DNA of 64,000 bases. Source: Octopus bimaculoides. Lineage: Eukaryota. This document shows positions 39,101 to 53,397 of the stretch, piece by piece. Under the pieces are notes generated by a model. It saw nothing but the letters and a program-made list of their open reading frames with translations, had not been told where the DNA came from and did no database searches. Position numbers and translations under genes: made by a program. The stretch's first letter is position 1, and each line of letters begins with the position of its first letter. The stretch is taken from NCBI RefSeq assembly GCF_001194135.2, contig NC_068986.1:39182288-39246287 (forward strand), in the 5' to 3' direction.

Positions 39101-40984
39101 GAGTGGTATCAACTGTCAGTGAAACAGAGACAATCAAGGTAATTGTGGTTCTCTTAGTGTGACAATAGCTGTAGCTTATGATTATGTAGTTAGAATTTTA
39201 TTAACTTACTTCCAGAGATACTATAATTCAGTGTAACTGGTTTCTATTACATTAACTAGCATCATCAACCCTATTTGCTACAATCCTAGCAACAACATCT
39301 GTTATTATGTCTTGATATTCATCCCATCAAAATTTCATGCTAATTTATGTTCCAAACAACAACTTAATAATAAAGTTATTTTAATGAATTCTTCCTCATT
39401 TTCAAATTTAATTGAAATAATGACTACATTTCAACAAAAATATGGTAACAAAATGGTTAATGGAAATTAGTCCTCATAAAACGTCAGAAATAGTTTTCTT
39501 CAAAATATGAAGACGTTGCAAATGGGAGAGGTTGACTATACCAATAAAATAAATTAGAAATTACAGTTATGCAATCCTATTAAATATTTTAGACTTCAGT
39601 AGAAATTTTTTAAAAAATCCTGTAAAAATATTTGTTTTTAACAGCCAGAAATATGTGTAACCCTTTTGTCACTAATCCACCAGAAACTTGGTTCTATGAT
39701 ACAAACATCCTATTTTAAAATGACTTAGATTAAATCTTTTATCAAAATTTCATATTGATTTATGTTCTAAACAATAGCTTGACAATGACAGCATTTTTAC
39801 AAAAATTTCCATTGTTTTCAAAAATAAATGAACAAAAGAAGTGTATTTCAACAGAAATATGGTAACAAAAAGATTACGAAATGACAATGAGCATTGTTGA
39901 CACAGCTGATAGAAAGATTTTCATCCTATAAAAAATTTCTGAATTTGCAGCAGTGTAAAGAAACCATGGAGAATCTGTGGTAACTGGTGAAAAACACAAA
40001 ATTTTGAAGAAGCACAGAGTAGGTGATGTGAACTAGTAAAGTAAGGTATAAATCAGTTGAGAAATTGACCAAGAATTAAATACATAGAAGATAAAACTTA
40101 TGCATTGGTACTGGTGAAGAGATATGAGGAGAGTTAATAATCCTTTCTACTAAGGCACAAGGCCTGAAATTTTTGGGGAGGGGACTAGTTGATTACATTG
40201 ACACCAGTGTTTCATTGGTACTTAATTTATTGACCCCGAAAGGATGAAAGGCAAAGTTGACTTCAACAGAATTTGAACTCAGACCGTAAAGACGGATGAA
40301 ATACTGCTAAGTATTTTGCCTGGTATGCTAATGATTCTGCCAGCTCGCTGCCTTAGAGGAGAGTTAATAATGTATTTTGAGATGATAAAGTATTACTTAG
40401 CTTCAGCAAACACAATAGCTGGAACAAAGTCAAGACAAGGTAGATACAGAATGTGCCAATTATGTGAGATCATTAGAATAAATGTGGATAAAGTTATAGC
40501 AGTTAAGGATTTAAACTATTTTCAACCTGTCCACAACTAATGTCAGTATTCATAAGAATGAACTTTGGCTTTAGATATGCAAATACAGTAATAGAAAAGT
40601 GTTGGAATTATCAAAGAATAATAGGAAATGATGTGAATGATTGAAGAATAATGGGAAATAAGTGAATGATTGAAGAAAATGAAATATTTCTAATATTTAA
40701 GTAATGTTAAGGTGGTGTGCTGACTGCATTTTGTTAGCACATGAGCCAACATGCTTAGTAACATTTTGTCTGACTTTATGGTTTGAGTTCAAATTCTGTT
40801 AAGGTTGACTTTGCTTTGCCTTTCAACCTTTCGAGGTGAATAAAATAATTACCTGCTGAGTACTGGGGTCAATGTAATTGACTTACTCATTCCCCCGAAT
40901 TTTCTGGCCTTGTACCAAAATTTGAAACTGATATTTAAGTAATGTTATCAAGAAAGTAACTTTGTTGCTCAACATGGGGATGAT

Positions 40985-42175
40985 CAATATAAACAAGTTA
41001 AAAAGATATAACACTATGTTAGTGAGACATGGGCTCTGAATGCAGAAGACATGAGTAGACTGGAGAGAAAGGAAGGTAGTATGCTCCATTGGATGTGCAA
41101 CATCAGTGCACATGTATGGCAAAGTGCAAATGTATTAAGAGAAAAGTTGGGCATAAGAGGAATAAAATGTAGCATGCAAGAGAGAAGACTACGTTGGTTT
41201 GGACATGTGATGTGTATGAATGAGGACAGCTGCATAAAGAAGTGCTGATCACTGAAAGTAGATGATACTTGCAGAAGAGAGAGACCCAGGAAGACGTGGG
41301 GTGAGGTGGTAAGGTCCAATCTCAGGATGTTGGGCCTCACAGAGAAAATAACAATGGACTGAGATGTCTGGTGATATGAAGATCTTGAGAAGACCTGCCC
41401 ACGTCAGCAAAACTGAGTTCTAGAAGTGCTGTGTGTCTCACCCACATTTAACAAGAAAACTTCTCACACACTCTACCACAACAAACCAAACTACATCTCT
41501 TCTCTACCTCACATTTCCATGTCATGTACTAGGCATACCTCCCAGTCCCCAATCCTGTCCTCTTGGCCCTGTGCTACTGTATCATTGCACTCTGATAGCT
41601 TCCACCTTGCATGTTCCACCCACACCTTGTCTCACTGTATCATTGCATATGCCCGGCACTTTGCCACTGTCTCTATCCTATTATCTGTCTATCTGTCTCT
41701 CTCCTTTTCTTGTACTTCCCTCAGGTTGGGTAACCATGTATTTCCTTTGCGGTAGTGCACCTGTTTCTGTCTTCATTCCTGATCTCTCTCTCTCTCTCTC
41801 CGGCTGAGTAACCTTGTACATCCTCTACAGCAAGACCCCTGTTTCTGTCTCTCTGCCTCACTATAACCTTTCATCATCCGACACAAGATCACCTCCTCCA
41901 ATGCTCCTTCTCCCCTCGAAAGAGCTTTTTTCTCTCTATCTTGCAAGTACTTAGTGACCCTGTCTGCAGGTACAAGTACCAACTAAAAAGCACTAAGTCC
42001 ATTCTGCTGAGTGGTTGGTGTTAGGAAGGGCGTCTAGCTGTAAAAATCCTGCCAAAACAGTTACAGAAGTCTGGTGCAGGCTTCTACCTGGCTGGTTCTT
42101 CTTCTCAAACCATCCCACCCATACCAGCATGGAAGGTGGATGTTAAATGATGACGACGACGATGATGATGATGAA
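40985..42175 (+). mobile_element. RTE LINE 3' fragment (same family as 770-2722, different pyrimidine-rich 3'UTR)
   Basis: ORF 41051..41248 (RERRLRWFGHV-like), then RPRKTW; ends ccatcccacccataccagcatggaaggtggatgttaaatga(tga)n. Confidence 0.9.
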
Positions 42176-42480
42176 TGAGCCTAAATTATAATAAAGTCAA
42201 AGCTGTAAATAATCAGAGTAACAAAATTGACAGATATAATCTTCCACACATACTTGGTGCATTACAATGTTTCAACATCTTAACAATAGCAATGGTTAAA
42301 TCGTATAACTTAAGTTGTGGTAGCATTAATAGTTGAACTTTTAGTAGATTCTTTTTTGAAATTTTATTAATGTTCTTATTCTATTACAGGACATCGTTAT
42401 AAATTGAGACAATCATGCAAAGCACCCATAAGTATTGCCAAAGTACTGTGGTAGACCAGTAGAAAAAAATCACTTAATAC

Positions 42481-42835
42481 CAGTGATTCTCAACCAGGGC
42501 TCATATGGCCCCTGAGGGTCCATATAAGACTTTTGGGGGTCCATGCAATGAAATAGTAAATTGGGGATCCACAACAGTATTTAAAGGGCCCCTGAAAAAG
42601 TTTTGCTTTAGATGCATATATTGGTATGTATTGCAAGAAACAGTTAGGTTTCTTTCTCTAACATCTCACACAGTTCAACTTACACAAGTTAATGTGTGAA
42701 AAACAAAATAGGAATTTTGTAAGAAGCTTCTATAAAACTACATTCTAAATATTGAATGGCTATGGGGGTCCACCAGAATAAAATAGTCATCAAAAGTGTT
42801 CACAAATTAAAAAAAAAAATGGTTGAAAACCCTCG
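42481..42835. mobile_element. hAT (Charlie-like) non-autonomous element
   Basis: cagtgattctcaacc ... ggttgaaaaccctcg; 8-bp TSD cttaatac / ctttatac (7 of 8 match). Confidence 0.8.
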
Positions 42836-45800
42836 CTTTATACTATCTAATTTGGACTTAGTTTGAATTTTGCAATTGTTGATCTAATATTTCATGACAA
42901 AACAAGGATCAACTGAACTGAATGTGTTATTATTCATCCTTTACATAAAAAAGCAACACCAAAGAAACCCAATCTAATACTTTAAGAATAATTAATTAAA
43001 TAGGCGGTCCTCTGAGATTCTTTCCATATTTATTCACCTAAATATATCCTCATGCATGTGTGTGTGTATGTATGTATGTATGTATGTATGTATGTATGTA
43101 TGTATGCATGTATATATAATATCCTCTACTAAACATCAAATACATATATAATTATACACGTACACATGTGACACATGTGCCTCTGATATATTTTTATGAA
43201 TACAGATATACAACTACATATATGAATACACTACACACACACACATACATGAATGGACAGACAGATACATAAATAGTAAAATGCATATTCAGAAATGTAC
43301 TGATTTGTAAATTTGTATGTGGCTGTTCAAATGCACATGTGTGTGTGTGCGTTTGTGTGCGCATAATCTCGTGCAGACATTTAACACACGCGCACACACA
43401 CACACACACAAATACGTACACACATATATGCATATATATATATATATATTAGGAAGACATTAGTTCAGAATAAAAATGCATAAAGAATGAAAGTACATTA
43501 AAAGACATCTTTGCTAAAGTGCCAAGCCCATTAAAAAAAAAAAAAGAATAAAGAAGTAGCTATTACTTTTGCTTTTCTCTGCTGTTTGATGTGGGTTATT
43601 TATTTATCCAAAGAGCTGGAATATCGATCTTAACTTAAATGGTTCTGGCAATAAGGAGGCTGAAATTTAACTAGTGTAATGAGATGGTGGTGGTGGTGGG
43701 GAAACATTATAACCTTTAGATTGAAATGAACAGAACATGGTTTGTATATGATGATGATGATGATGATGATGATGATAGCTGACAGATTTCTAACATATCA
43801 TTTAAATTAGGTAAGCCACTTTTTGATTTGGTTGATTTGTTGAGAAACTATCCTATCAAACAATGACATATACCAAGACACATCAATATCATGCTTGATA
43901 CCATTTAAAATATCCACAATGCTCTATCAGTTTCCTATGCTTACCATTTTGTGATAATATGCAAATGTTCAAATTTTCCACCAAGAAAAAGAAGAAAAAA
44001 AAAATAAAAAAAAGAAATTAGAATATGCTAAAAGCAAATCTGTTAGAATTACTGAGTATTTTAAAAGAAATTAAATATCTTTATAGCTAGAGCAATTACA
44101 TTTTTAGCATAGTTGAATATTTTGATCTAAAATTAAAAACAAAAATGTAATATATAACAAGAAGTAATATATAACAAAAATATATAATGAAAAGCATTTC
44201 TAGTTTAGTAATTACCATAATGTTGTCAAAACTTTGGAAAAGTTCTTCAGTAAAGTTCAGTTTATTTTTAGACATTACTGTTTAATTATAAATGCACTAT
44301 TGAGTCTCATGACATAATACATACCAAATAGTTGAGTTGGTGACAGAAGGAATGTATAACTACTTTTATTTAGTTTGGTACCTAATGGGATTAGCTTTTA
44401 TCTTTTACTTGCTTCAGTCATTGGATTGCAGCCATGCTGGAGCACCACTTGAAAGTGTTTTTCATCAAACAAATCTAACTCAATACTTAATATTTAAGTC
44501 AGGAACATATTTTGTTGTTCTCTGATGCTGAAATGTTAAGTCACAGGACCTTAAACAAACAAACACACACACACACACACACACAAATGTATATGAAGTG
44601 TGTTTTTGTGTGTTCGTTTATGTCTCTGTAACCTAGCTGTTCAGTATCAGAGACCAGGCATGGCTGTGAGGTAAGAAGGTTACTTCCTAACCACATGGTT
44701 TTGGGTTCAGTTCCACAGCATAGCACCTTGGGCAAGTGTCTTCTACTATAATCTTGGGCTGACCAAATCCTTGTGAGTGGATTTGGTTGACAGAAAGCAG
44801 CCCACTAAATATGTGTGTGCCTTTGCGTCCATGTTTGTCCCCCACCATTGCTTGACAACTGGTGTTGGTGTGTTTACAACCCTGTAACTTAGACAATTGG
44901 CAAAAGAAACTAATAGAATAAGTAACAGGTTTACAAAAAAATAAGTACTGGGTTGATTCATTCTACTAAAAGTTCTTCATGGCAGTGCCCCATCATCAAA
45001 CACCCAGCAGAGTGGACTGAGTGCTTTTTACATGGCACGAGCACAGGTGAGATCAGTTTTGGAACGGTTTTCACAGCTGAATGCCCTTCCAAATGCCAAC
45101 CACTTAACAGTCAGACTGGATGCTTTTATCTACTAAATTTACTCACAAGGTATTGGTCAGCCTAGGGCTATAGTAGAAGACACTTACCCAAGGTGCCATA
45201 CAGTAGCACTTAACCGGAGACCATGTAGTTGCAAAGCAAGATTCTTATCCACACAGCAATGCCTGGGATTGCATTTGAAGAGAAGGCTTGCCATGGCAAA
45301 GTCGTGCTCATTCATAGAGTGAGTGTGTGTGTAAGTGTGTGTGTGTGTGTGTGTGCATGCGTGCGTGCATGACTGTGCGTGTGTGTGTACACTACAGCCT
45401 GAGATTGAAGACATACCCAAATGCACGATCTCTATGTTTCTGGCATTAATGAAAGAGAGAGGCAAGTTGTAGCCATAGAGAAATTAGGAGAGAAGTTCTC
45501 TCAGATGTAAACTGACATCTACTGAATTTAAATAATGTTTAGTTTAAGCAATGAAAAAGTTGCAACGTCAACAGTAGTAACATCACCATTAACAACAATA
45601 TGAGACAATTAACCTATTAAGGAAATAGCAGTAACATATCCCTTAAATCTCACTGATTTGGAAAATGGAAGTACACTTTAGGTAATGCAGTCCAAGACAT
45701 AGTTTTGAAAAGATGGGATGGTCATAGCTAGGAATGATTTTCATCATAAATCTGCTCAATCAAGGTTAGGGAACAAGAGCCCTCAAATGAATGGGCATGG

Positions 45801-45915
45801 GTAGTAGTATTGAAGGAGGAGGCTTTGTGCCAAGTGAAGAGAGGTTAGGGTATCATAGAGGGACAGAAATAGGTGCCTTGCAGTAGGGGAGATACATGGT
45901 GACCCCAATTAGAAA

Positions 45916-45965
<50 letters not shown>

Positions 45966-48904
45966 GGTGAAGAAGATGAGTCAAAGCGTAACCTCAAGTT
46001 ACAAGGAGGTATATATAAGTGAATTCTAAAAGAAGGTTATCAATATGAAGGAACTACTGGGTTGAATATACATATATTACTAAGGTAAGGTGGCAAGCTG
46101 GCTGAATTGTTAGCATGTCGGGCAAAATGCTTAGTGGTATTTTGTCTGCTGTTATGTTCATTCCGCTGAGGTCAACTCTACCTTTCATCCTTTTGGAGTT
46201 GATATATTAAGTACCAGTGAAACACTGGGGTTGATGTAATTGACTTAACCCTCCACTGCAAAATTTCAAGCCTTGTGCCTTCAGTAGAAAGGGTTATTAA
46301 TTAAGATGATACAGGAAAAATTATGAGAAATTCAGGATGTTTCTTCTCTGTCTTTAACTGGTAAAACATGAAGCAAGAATACTTGTAAGCAAGGAGTTTG
46401 TATGAAGTATGGTTTGAAATGTATTGTTAAACTTACCATAGATCTGTTTATACTTATTTCTATGAGCAATCCAGGTTCCAAAATGAAAAGCCATATTTTC
46501 TTTTTAATCAAAAATATCAAAGAATATCTAAATATCAAAAAATAGGTTTCAAAGTCCTTAAAATATATTTATTTCTGATCATATTTTATAATCAATGTGA
46601 CAGCTAATTTCTCTGTAATTTTAAAGTCTGTACATTATTTCAATGATTTTAGTGACAACATTCCAATTCTTTTCAGTGTTTATATTTTATATGACTTCAC
46701 CATTCATTGAGTATTCTACACTTGAAATAATTTACATCTGGACTTTTATTTTCTTAATCAATATGGATCTCTAGTGCCTTCTTTAGAGAAACAAAATTAT
46801 TGCAACAAATACCAAAATAGAGAAAAAACAAACAAAAAACAAAACAAACAAAATAGTTCTCTTCATTCAGAGAACTGCTTTGTTATTTGAAAATTTTGTT
46901 ACATATTTTAAAACTAAGCTAACTTTAGTGACATGTCTTGATATTCAAATCCTCATTATTGCAAAATTGCATCAAGGAGAAGGGGTTTACTGTTCAGAAC
47001 AAAGAAATACAGAATCTTATAATGCCTAAATTATCAAGATGCATAAAAAAGTGGCTGGCATGAGAAAAAGTTCATGAGAGGAGCCGGACACATTTTAATA
47101 TCTCTATGTGACTATATACTGGTTGCGTACCCACGACTTTTTGCACATTCCATCTGCAAATTATGAATATTATTGTAATGTAACTCTGAGCTTTCTGAAA
47201 CAGCTGTTGAGTTAAGAAATTATGTATTTTCTTCTCAGTATTCTGTATTTTTTATACTCTATGTAAATATATTTGAGTATATATCTATGTATATGTATGT
47301 ATGTGTTTATCTTTCTGAATATATGTGGGTATATGTATGTGTGTGTGCACATGTATATATATGTGTTAAGCCTAATTGTGTTTATCTGCATTGTATTTCC
47401 ATATCAGCTTATCTTGGATTTCTTTTATAGCCCTTTTTGATGCCATGGACCAAGTCCTGGATGAAGAATTCAGAGCTTAAGTCCAAAAACATTTGAGCAC
47501 TACTATGGGTTTTCTATACTGAACATATCTAGCTCTCCCCTATTTTCTGTGTGTGTGCGTATATATATATATATATATATATATATTCATTCACACATGT
47601 ATGTAAATATTTTTTTCTTTCAATCATGGGACAGTGCCATACAGAGTTTGAAGGGTCCTAAATAAACAAAGCCTTGTGAGAGAATTTGGTAGACAATAAT
47701 TAAAAAAAGCCCATCATATATGTATGTAGTGTATGCATGCATATCTTTTTTATAACATTTGGCTAAAAGAAATATAGCACATTATATTCTCTCTGCTTTG
47801 ATAAAACTGTTACAATAATAAATTTAAAAACAAACAAAACATATCTCCTCTAAGATATTTTCTGAAAGTCAAGTTGCAATTATTCTAAAGTATAATTTAG
47901 CTCTCTTAATTTCAATATGATATGAAATTTCCTCAGAATGATAAAAAAATAAACAGTAAAAACAAATGCAAAATGAAAAAAGACAAACCAAAAATCAAAA
48001 ATATAAATATCATCTATTACTAGAATCTCAAAAACAAAATGAAAGAAAATAGTCCAAATTAAGAAATCTTACAAACAATTTGGAGAAAATTTTCAATGAA
48101 CGAAAATTAGAAATAAATTGTTGCCCTCAAGTACTTTTAATTTCCTTGCTCTGACAAAACCATTTAAGATATTAGTGACAAATTACTCAGTGTTTGCAGA
48201 CCAAATCCATTTTGATTACTTCATTTTAGATTGATAGCAAATGAAAGACAGTATTGTACTCATAAGAAAGTAACACTAATATTGATGCTAAGAGAACATT
48301 AGGAATGGAGTATTTGTAACAGTATAATATCACCCATTTCTGTGAATAGAACAAAATAAAAGACAGAGAAAGAAAGGAATTTGGGTTATAAAAGTAATAT
48401 ATTTGTTTATATTTATGTATGCATGCATACAAACATAATTACATACATATATAGAGAAACTATGTATTTATGGTATCTTTATTTATTATGTGAATTCTTC
48501 CTTTAAAGAAGGAGCAGAATAATAACAAAGAAACAACATTCCAACACTGGAATTCAGACAACAACAATGGTGGGGAGTCACATGTTGAACTTTAAATTGT
48601 CTTGCATATTTTTACTGTTCCACTTACAGACTTCATTTTCAAAATGCATATTGAGATCTTTACCAAGTGAAATTCTCCAAGAAAATGTTTTCAATAAAAT
48701 TGTAGAATTCTATTCATAAAGTTATAATTCAATAATAACAATGTTAGATGAAAAGTCTCCAGTTTTGTTAGCATGTTGTTCGATAATGTTAAATTAAAAG
48801 GTCTATAGTTTAAATTAAATTAAAAGGTCTAAAGTTTTGTTGGCATGTTGTTCAATTTCTTTCATAATGATTTTCACTTAAACTGATTAGAACCATAATT
48901 TGGA

Positions 48905-49432
48905 AGTGATTTGCATACTTCCTTTCAGGTGGAAAGAAGAGACCTCAAGTTATCAACCTATCTTTTACCAGAAACTCAACTATTGCAACTATCAATGAAA
49001 AGTAGATCTGATGCTATTGTGGAGGAGAATATGTGTGTGCTGTGTGCAAGAAGTGAGATGGGTGGGGGGAAACTCAATCAGACACCTCATGGGTAAAGAA
49101 CACAGGTACAAATTCTTGGTAGGTAACAATACTGGTTTAGGTGAAGTCAGCAAACTGGTGGTGGAGAAATGGAGAGATAACATAACTGAAATAACTAGAT
49201 TATGCAACAGAATAATTAAGCTACGATTAGTTAAAGATAAAATAACATTAACTGTTATCTCTACTTATGCTTCACAATTAAGACTGACTGATGAGCAAAA
49301 GGACTATTTTTATGAGCCTCAGTTGGAAACCCTCTGAATAACAAGTGACAATGGAATTATCTTAGATGGACTTCAATGGATAAGTTAGGCAGTCACGTGA
49401 TAGCAACCCTGGAGTACATAGTGGTTATATAC

Positions 49433-49467
<35 letters not shown>

Positions 49468-51341
49468 CTTATAGTTCTAGGAATGAGGAAGGGTCATGGC
49501 ATCTGGAATTATGTGACTCAGATGAACAAACCATCTGCAACAAGAAATTCAAAAGACCAACCAGCCACTTGATCACCTTCTGATCAGTTGAAGATGCAAC
49601 CTGTCCACGAAGCAAGATTGATAAATAGTTGTGAATACTGAATCTTTCTCTGGTGAAGAATATATCCCACAACATAGGCTAGTCATTAGTGACTTCAGAA
49701 TAAGAGCTAGACAGACTGAGTAACAATAGACATTCTGGAGAAGGAAGATGTAGAAACTGAAATATCATTTTGGTAAATACATATTGAGAGTGATTTCAAA
49801 TGATGTATTTGATGAGTTGGAGGAAACCTATAACACAGAGAACAATTGGGAGTTTCTATAGCTGAATGTACTGAAAGTTACAGGCTAGACTAGTACTATA
49901 GATAGAGCCAAAAAGCTAAAAGGGAGGTCAGGAAAGAATGGAACAAAAGGCCAAAAAAATAAAAAATGTCAAGTATAGTGAAGCATTCCAGGTAGTGGTG
50001 GTTCACCAAGGATCAGTTCTCAACCCCCTCTTGTTCATCATAGTCTTCCAGACAATAACAGGTGAATTCAAGACAGGCTGCTCCTGTGAGCACTTCTATA
50101 CTGATGACCTTGCTCTAATAGCCGAGTCACTACCAGAACTAGAGAAGATGTTTCAGGTGTGGAAGCAAGGTCTAGAATCGAATGGCCTTTGAGTCAATCT
50201 AGCAAAAACCAAAGTCTTAGTAAGTAGGAAGGAAGACAAATCACAAATCCCTTCAGGTAGATGGCCCTGCTCAATCTGTAGAAAAAGATGTACTTGGAAA
50301 CATAACTATGGACACATAAGAGGTGCAGCAATATCAAAGGAAAGTTAACCAGGAAGATAGTTTTTGTGTGTGGCAGATGCACAGGGGGAAAAATAGAAAT
50401 AGTTGATAGCTTCCGTTAGCTAGGTGAGCAAGTCAGTAGCTGGTGTGGATGCTCTGAGAGCGTAGTTGCTAGAATAAGAATTAGCACTGTTGGTAACAAA
50501 AGGCCTCTCGCTCAGAGTGAAAGGTAGACTGTATGATGCATGTGTGTGAACAGTCATGCCACAGGGCAGTGAAACATGGTCTGTGACTGCTGAGGACATG
50601 TGTAGTCTAGAAAGAAATAAAGCTACTGTGCACTACTGGATGTGTAATGTCAGTGTGCATACACAACAGAGGGTAAGCACCCTGAAAGGAAATTTGGAGA
50701 TAAGAAGCACCAGATGTGGAGTGCAAGAGAGACAAGTGCACTGGTATGGTCACGTGTTGCCTATGGACACATGTTTGAAGAAGTGTCACACCCTAACAGT
50801 GGAAGAGGTAGACCCAGGAAGACATGGGATGAGGTGGTGAAGCATGACCTTTGTATGTTGGGCCTCACTGAGGCAATGACAAGAGACCGAGACCTTTGGA
50901 GATATGCTGTGCTTGAGAAGACTTGGCAAGCCAAGTGGGATAGTAGCCATGGTCGATGCCAGTGTCGCATAACCGGCCTGTTTAAAAGTACCCTTCAATT
51001 GTCGTGCAATATGCTGCGCTTGAGAAGACCTGTTGAGTCAAGTGAAATTGTAGTTGTGGCTGATGCTAGTGCTGCCTGACTGGCACCCATGCCTGTGGCA
51101 CAAAATCAGCACCATTTAAGCGTGGCTGATGCCAGTGCTACCTGACTGGCTCCCGTGCCGATGGCACATAAAAAGCACCCATAATGCTCTTGGAGATGTT
51201 GGTGTTAGGAAGGGCATCCAACAGAAAAGATTGGAGCCTGGTGCATCCTCCTGGCTTGCCAATCCTTGGTTAAACCATCCAACCCATGCCAGCATGGAAA
51301 GCAGATGTTAAACGATGATGATGATGATGATGATGATGATA
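48905..51341 (+). mobile_element. Degenerate RTE LINE with APE endonuclease and internally deleted RT
   Basis: ORF 49011..49337 (VCCVQEVRW...VISTYASQ, APE); 49938..50192 (HQGSVLNPLLF...YTDDL); 50556..50840; (GAT)n tail. Confidence 0.92.
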
Positions 51342-51461
51342 TAGTCAAATTGAATATTAAAACTTGAACAAACAACTGAACATTAAAAACAGCAAAAACA
51401 AAACAACAGGAGGATGGAATGTATTAGTTTAATGCTCTGGAAAGGTAGAAAGAAGAGTAGG

Positions 51462-51498
51462 TTTTTTAACATTTTGAGCATAGCTCTTCATCAGAAAA
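51462..51498 (-). ncRNA. Inactivated minimal hammerhead motif of a second family
   Basis: tttt-CTGATGA-A-GAGC-tat-GCTC-AAAATGTTA-aaaa. It differs from GCTC-GAAACGTTA by two CpG transitions. Confidence 0.55.
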
Positions 51499-52889
51499 GA
51501 AAATGTAAAAGTCCAGAGAATGAAAAATTTCATGAAAAGCATGTTTGTGGTTACATGGTAAGCTTATATGTATAGCTTCTGAAATTGGTATTATGAATGA
51601 CATGGTATTATGCTCAAAGAAGAGTCCTCAATAAATTATGTTGAGTAAATATATATTATCAGAGTATTAAGTTAACTGTTTTACCATTATTGGAAACGCA
51701 TTAAATTTAAACACTACATATTCACATATGTGTGTCTATGTGCATGCATGCAAGGACATGCATACTCATACATAACTGACAAGTCTATAACTAAAGATGA
51801 CGAAGCTGAAGGGAGATATAAAGTTAAATGATGGTTTGCTTTTATTTTTATTATTATTAATGAAAATAAGAATAATTTATTAATAGGAGGGATGAACGTT
51901 ATTTTCTTCCTCTTTATGCTGTTTGTAATTAACAATTATGTAATAATCAATATATAAAGATATAAGCAGAGTCTAATAAATAAGACATCAAAGAAGTTTA
52001 GACTTAACATGTTTCACATGTGGAGTTCCCTCCTAATCAGTAGTAGAAGAGATGTTAGTGGTGTTGGTGGTTGTAGAAGTACAGTTGTGTTAGAGTAGTT
52101 GGGTTAATTAAAGATTCCAGAAATGTCTCAAATTCACAACTAATATGAGACTGATAAAAAGTTACTCATTTGTACTTATTGATTATACACATAACATAGG
52201 TGCTGATATATATATATATATATATATAGGAAAATGTGTTGGAACCCCACCTCTTTTGTTAATAAGCTTGCTTCTTCTTCCTAACTATGTAGTTTCAGGT
52301 TCAGTTCTACTGTGTAACACCATGGGCAAATGTCTTCTACTATGGCCCCAGGCTGACCAAAGCCTTGTGAATGAGTTTGGTAGACAGAAACTTAAAGATG
52401 TTCATTGTGTGTGTGTGTGTGTGTGTGTGCACGCGTGTGCATGTGTATGCATGTGTGTGTGTGTGTATACATATTATAAGTAAAAAGAAATGGTATTTCT
52501 GATAATATAAGAATGCGGATAAAACTGATCAATTAAGCTTCTGGATTAATGAATCATTATTTATTATATAAGAAAACAATAAAAATGGATTTGATATTTC
52601 TGTCTGGTGCAAGAATACATCATCATCATCATCATTTAATGCTCACTTTTCTATTCTTGCATGGGTTGGACAGAATTTGGTGAGGTAAATTTTCTATGGT
52701 TGGATGCCCTACCTGTTGCCAACTCTAATCTGTTTCCAAGTAAGATAATGATTACCCTAAACCAGACATGTTTACATGTTTCCATGGAAGATTGGAAATG
52801 AAGGACATTACATGCATGATGGAGACACTCATTTACAACTATCATGAGATGTCAAGGAAATGAGACAGTTACATATACAGATACATTCA

Positions 52890-52958
<69 letters not shown>

Positions 52959-53295
52959 ATAATAATAATAATAATGATAATTCTATAGGCACAAGGCCTG
53001 AAATTTTGGAGGAGGGGACTAGTTGATTACATCAACACAAGTGCTCAACTGGTACTTAATTTACTGACCCCAAAAGGATGAAAGGCAAAGTTGAACTCAG
53101 AATGTAAGGACAGAAAAAATGAAGGACATTGCTTGCAATGATGGTGACCTCAGCAGAATTTGAACTCAGAACATAAAGATGGACAAAATGCCTCTAAACA
53201 TTTTGTTTGGCAAGCTAATGATCCTGTCAGCTCACTGCCTTATTATAATGATGATGATGATGATGATGATGATAATAATAATAACAACAATAATT

Positions 53296-53397
53296 CAGGA
53301 GGGACAAACAAGAGTGTCTAATAATTGATGTAGCAGTACCAGGAGATCAACATATCATGAAAGAAAGAGAAAAAGTCGATAAATATGGAGATCATAG
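53296..53397 (+). mobile_element. R4/Dong-like endonuclease fragment
   Basis: CLIIDVAVPGDQHIMKEREKVDKYGD directly after an (AAT)n run. Confidence 0.7.

Noticed and set aside
39210-39243. 34-nt segment ending in |gtaagt
   Set aside because: No polypyrimidine acceptor and no copine similarity; the matching exon was found at 62261-62292.
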